A program made the position numbers and the translations under genes. A model generated the notes under the pieces. That model was not told where the DNA came from. It saw only the letters and a list, made by a program, of their open reading frames with translations, and searched no databases. 64,000 nucleotides of DNA from Oscillospiraceae bacterium (GTDB lineage Bacteria; Bacillota; Clostridia; Oscillospirales; CAG-272). Numbering within the stretch: position 1 is the first letter of the stretch; every line of letters starts with the position of its first letter. Below, in pieces: positions 62,924 to 64,000 of the stretch. The stretch is taken from positions 1,735 through 65,734 of the forward strand of contig SVQN01000003.1 of the NCBI GenBank assembly GCA_015065295.1, given 5' to 3'.

Positions 62924-62962
62924 AAAATAAAAGAAGTCCGGCAGGGGTGCGAATCCTGCCGG
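62924..62962 (-). terminator. Terminator of the 106-aa membrane protein gene; also copy 2 of the ~50-bp direct repeat
   Basis: On the minus strand: CCCGGCAGG-attcgcacc-CCTGCCGG followed by ACTTCTTTTATTTT. Confidence 0.7.
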
Positions 62963-62977
62963 GTTTCTGTGGTTGTG

Positions 62978-63298
62978 TCAGATTTCATTTTTGCTGTTTA
63001 GTGCAGTCACGATTACCGCTATGATACCCAGAACGGGAGTTCCAAGAAACCACCCGGAGATTCCACCAATACCATAATTGAAATAGGTACCATTGGGGTA
63101 GTAGATGACTGCCCATACAAGATCGACGATGACTTCCGCGATCAGCAGCCCGATTATGGTGGTTCGGACGCCGTTTTTGGTGCGGTTCGGCTTTATCATA
63201 AGACAGATTCCCAGATATCCGATTACGCCGAGCAGCCACAACAGTAGCCATATTTCGGCACCGTGGACGTAGGGAAAGGAATAGATGGCAGTTACCAT
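62978..63298 (-). CDS. Small integral membrane protein (3-4 TM helices), unknown function
   Basis: 106 aa from the ATG at 63298 (AGAGG RBS). 'IWLLLWLLGVIGYLGICLMI...IIGLLIAEVIVDLVWAVIYY...VLGIIAVIVTAL'. Confidence 0.65.
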   Translation of the reverse strand: MVTAIYSFPYVHGAEIWLLLWLLGVIGYLGICLMIKPNRTKNGVRTTIIGLLIAEVIVDLVWAVIYYPNGTYFNYGIGGISGWFLGTPVLGIIAVIVTALNSKNEI

Positions 63299-63318
63299 AA
63301 AAAAACACCTCTGTGTTG

Positions 63319-63840
63319 TCAGTTGTTCGCCAGATACAGCATCAGGATCAGCAGACCCAATAATATCGTGGCGGTCAGTGCCAGAATGCAGAAAATTTTG
63401 TTGATCTTCGTCTGATTTTTGAAAAGTCGGAGGATGAGCAGGTGCAGACATACACCCGCAGCCGTACCGGCGGTGTTGGTGATGAGGTCGGTGATGTCGC
63501 AGGCTCCCAGAGCGAACGCAAGCTGACCGAGTTCCAGCGCGAGACTGAAAAGGAAACCGTACAGGATAGATTTCCGGACGGGGATATCCAGCATTTTCAG
63601 ATACACACCGAAGGGGAAAAAGAGGACGGCGTTCATCAGGACTTCCTGAATATGGAATCGGACGCTGATTTCGCAGTCGTAATAGAAGGGGATGAGATTG
63701 AGACTGCGCGGGCGGATCATATCCGAAAGTTCATGGAAGGAGAAGGTGTTTTTGAAGAGGACGGTCCAGACGATGAACAGGCAGTAGAAGATGAACAGGG
63801 CGTGGGTGAGGGTAAATTTCGGCTTGGAGCGGGATGTCAT
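63319..63840 (-). CDS. VanZ-family membrane protein
   Basis: 173 aa from the ATG at 63840 (AAGGAG RBS). 'NLIPF', 'NAVLFFPFGVYL' and 'SLALELGQL...CDITDLITNTAGTAAG' are typical of VanZ-like proteins. Confidence 0.8.
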   Translation of the reverse strand: MTSRSKPKFTLTHALFIFYCLFIVWTVLFKNTFSFHELSDMIRPRSLNLIPFYYDCEISVRFHIQEVLMNAVLFFPFGVYLKMLDIPVRKSILYGFLFSLALELGQLAFALGACDITDLITNTAGTAAGVCLHLLILRLFKNQTKINKIFCILALTATILLGLLILMLYLANN

Positions 63841-63854
63841 GGGGAAACTCCTTA

Positions 63855-64000
63855 TCAATCAATGGGAACTTGGGATTTGTACGCGTGATAATATTTATTG
63901 AAACGCGGTTTGTTGAAGATAATCATTCTGTATTCTTCGCCGCTGTTCATGCGGAAGGCTGCTACGGGAAAGAGAATCCACTTCCATGTGAGAGTCTGGA
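63855..64000 (-). CDS. 3' end of an unidentified gene continuing beyond the window
   Basis: Hand translation of the minus strand gives an open frame ...QTLTWKWILFPVAAFRMNSGEEYRMIIFNKPRFNKYYHAYKSQVPID* ending at TGA 63855-63857. It is too short to identify. Confidence 0.35.
   Translation of the reverse strand, partial: QTLTWKWILFPVAAFRMNSGEEYRMIIFNKPRFNKYYHAYKSQVPID

Noticed and set aside
62737-62988. The full 83-aa version of the small ORF, with a Cys-rich N-terminal part (CYTIPCGACGKGTC) that could suggest a modified-peptide precursor.
   Set aside because: Its first 47 codons overlap the duplicated terminator, the neighbouring gene's stop and the putative promoter of the short form. No modification enzymes are nearby. 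The 36-aa form has a proper promoter and RBS.

Overview
This is a 64-kb chromosomal segment from a high-GC Firmicute, probably Clostridia, judged from the yybS-gdpP-rplI-dnaB synteny, a DUF3794 gene with a mother-cell-type promoter, and an ECF sigma pair. The left edge (1 to ~1827) is the AT-rich end of a conjugative element carrying a TraG/VirD4-type coupling protein and an M48-like peptidase. That element has interrupted feoB. Most of the remaining genes are core housekeeping: feoA, a dtxR-like regulator, glcK, a nifS-like desulfurase, ytqB/mnmM-like, iorAB, dxs, dnaB, rplI, gdpP, yybS-like, tpiA, pgk, an M16 peptidase, pcp, and tRNA-Gly/Arg/His. The accessory content is as follows. (i) A 12.3-kb, seven-gene carbohydrate-uptake operon encodes a 1056-aa solute-binding protein with two CBM-like repeats, two permease pairs, an NHL-TPR-Yip1 membrane protein and a DUF5696 protein, but no ATPase and no regulator. 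(ii) A GH35 beta-galactosidase faces a two-gene unit of a transglutaminase-like protein and an unclassified glycosidase-like protein. (iii) An ECF sigma/anti-sigma pair lies divergent from two paralogous ~770-aa lipoproteins, followed by an asymmetric heterodimeric ABC exporter. (iv) There is a lipoprotein barnase homologue with no visible barstar. (v) Two small AT-rich islets carry XRE regulators. (vi) A self-contained 36-codon hydrophobic-peptide gene sits between duplicated terminators. The most unusual property is not explained by any gene. It is a very dense, modular system of hairpin and foldback repeats: a ~55-bp hairpin-plus-tail unit (16 copies), three ~660-690-bp inverted-dimer foldback elements, a second foldback family (one ~495-bp full copy and two ~360-bp partial copies inside the rplI-dnaB and pgk-tpiA spacers), and several unrelated long palindromes. 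I saw no rRNA, CRISPR array, transposase or integrase gene. All calls come from reading the sequence and the ORF translations; no database search was run.
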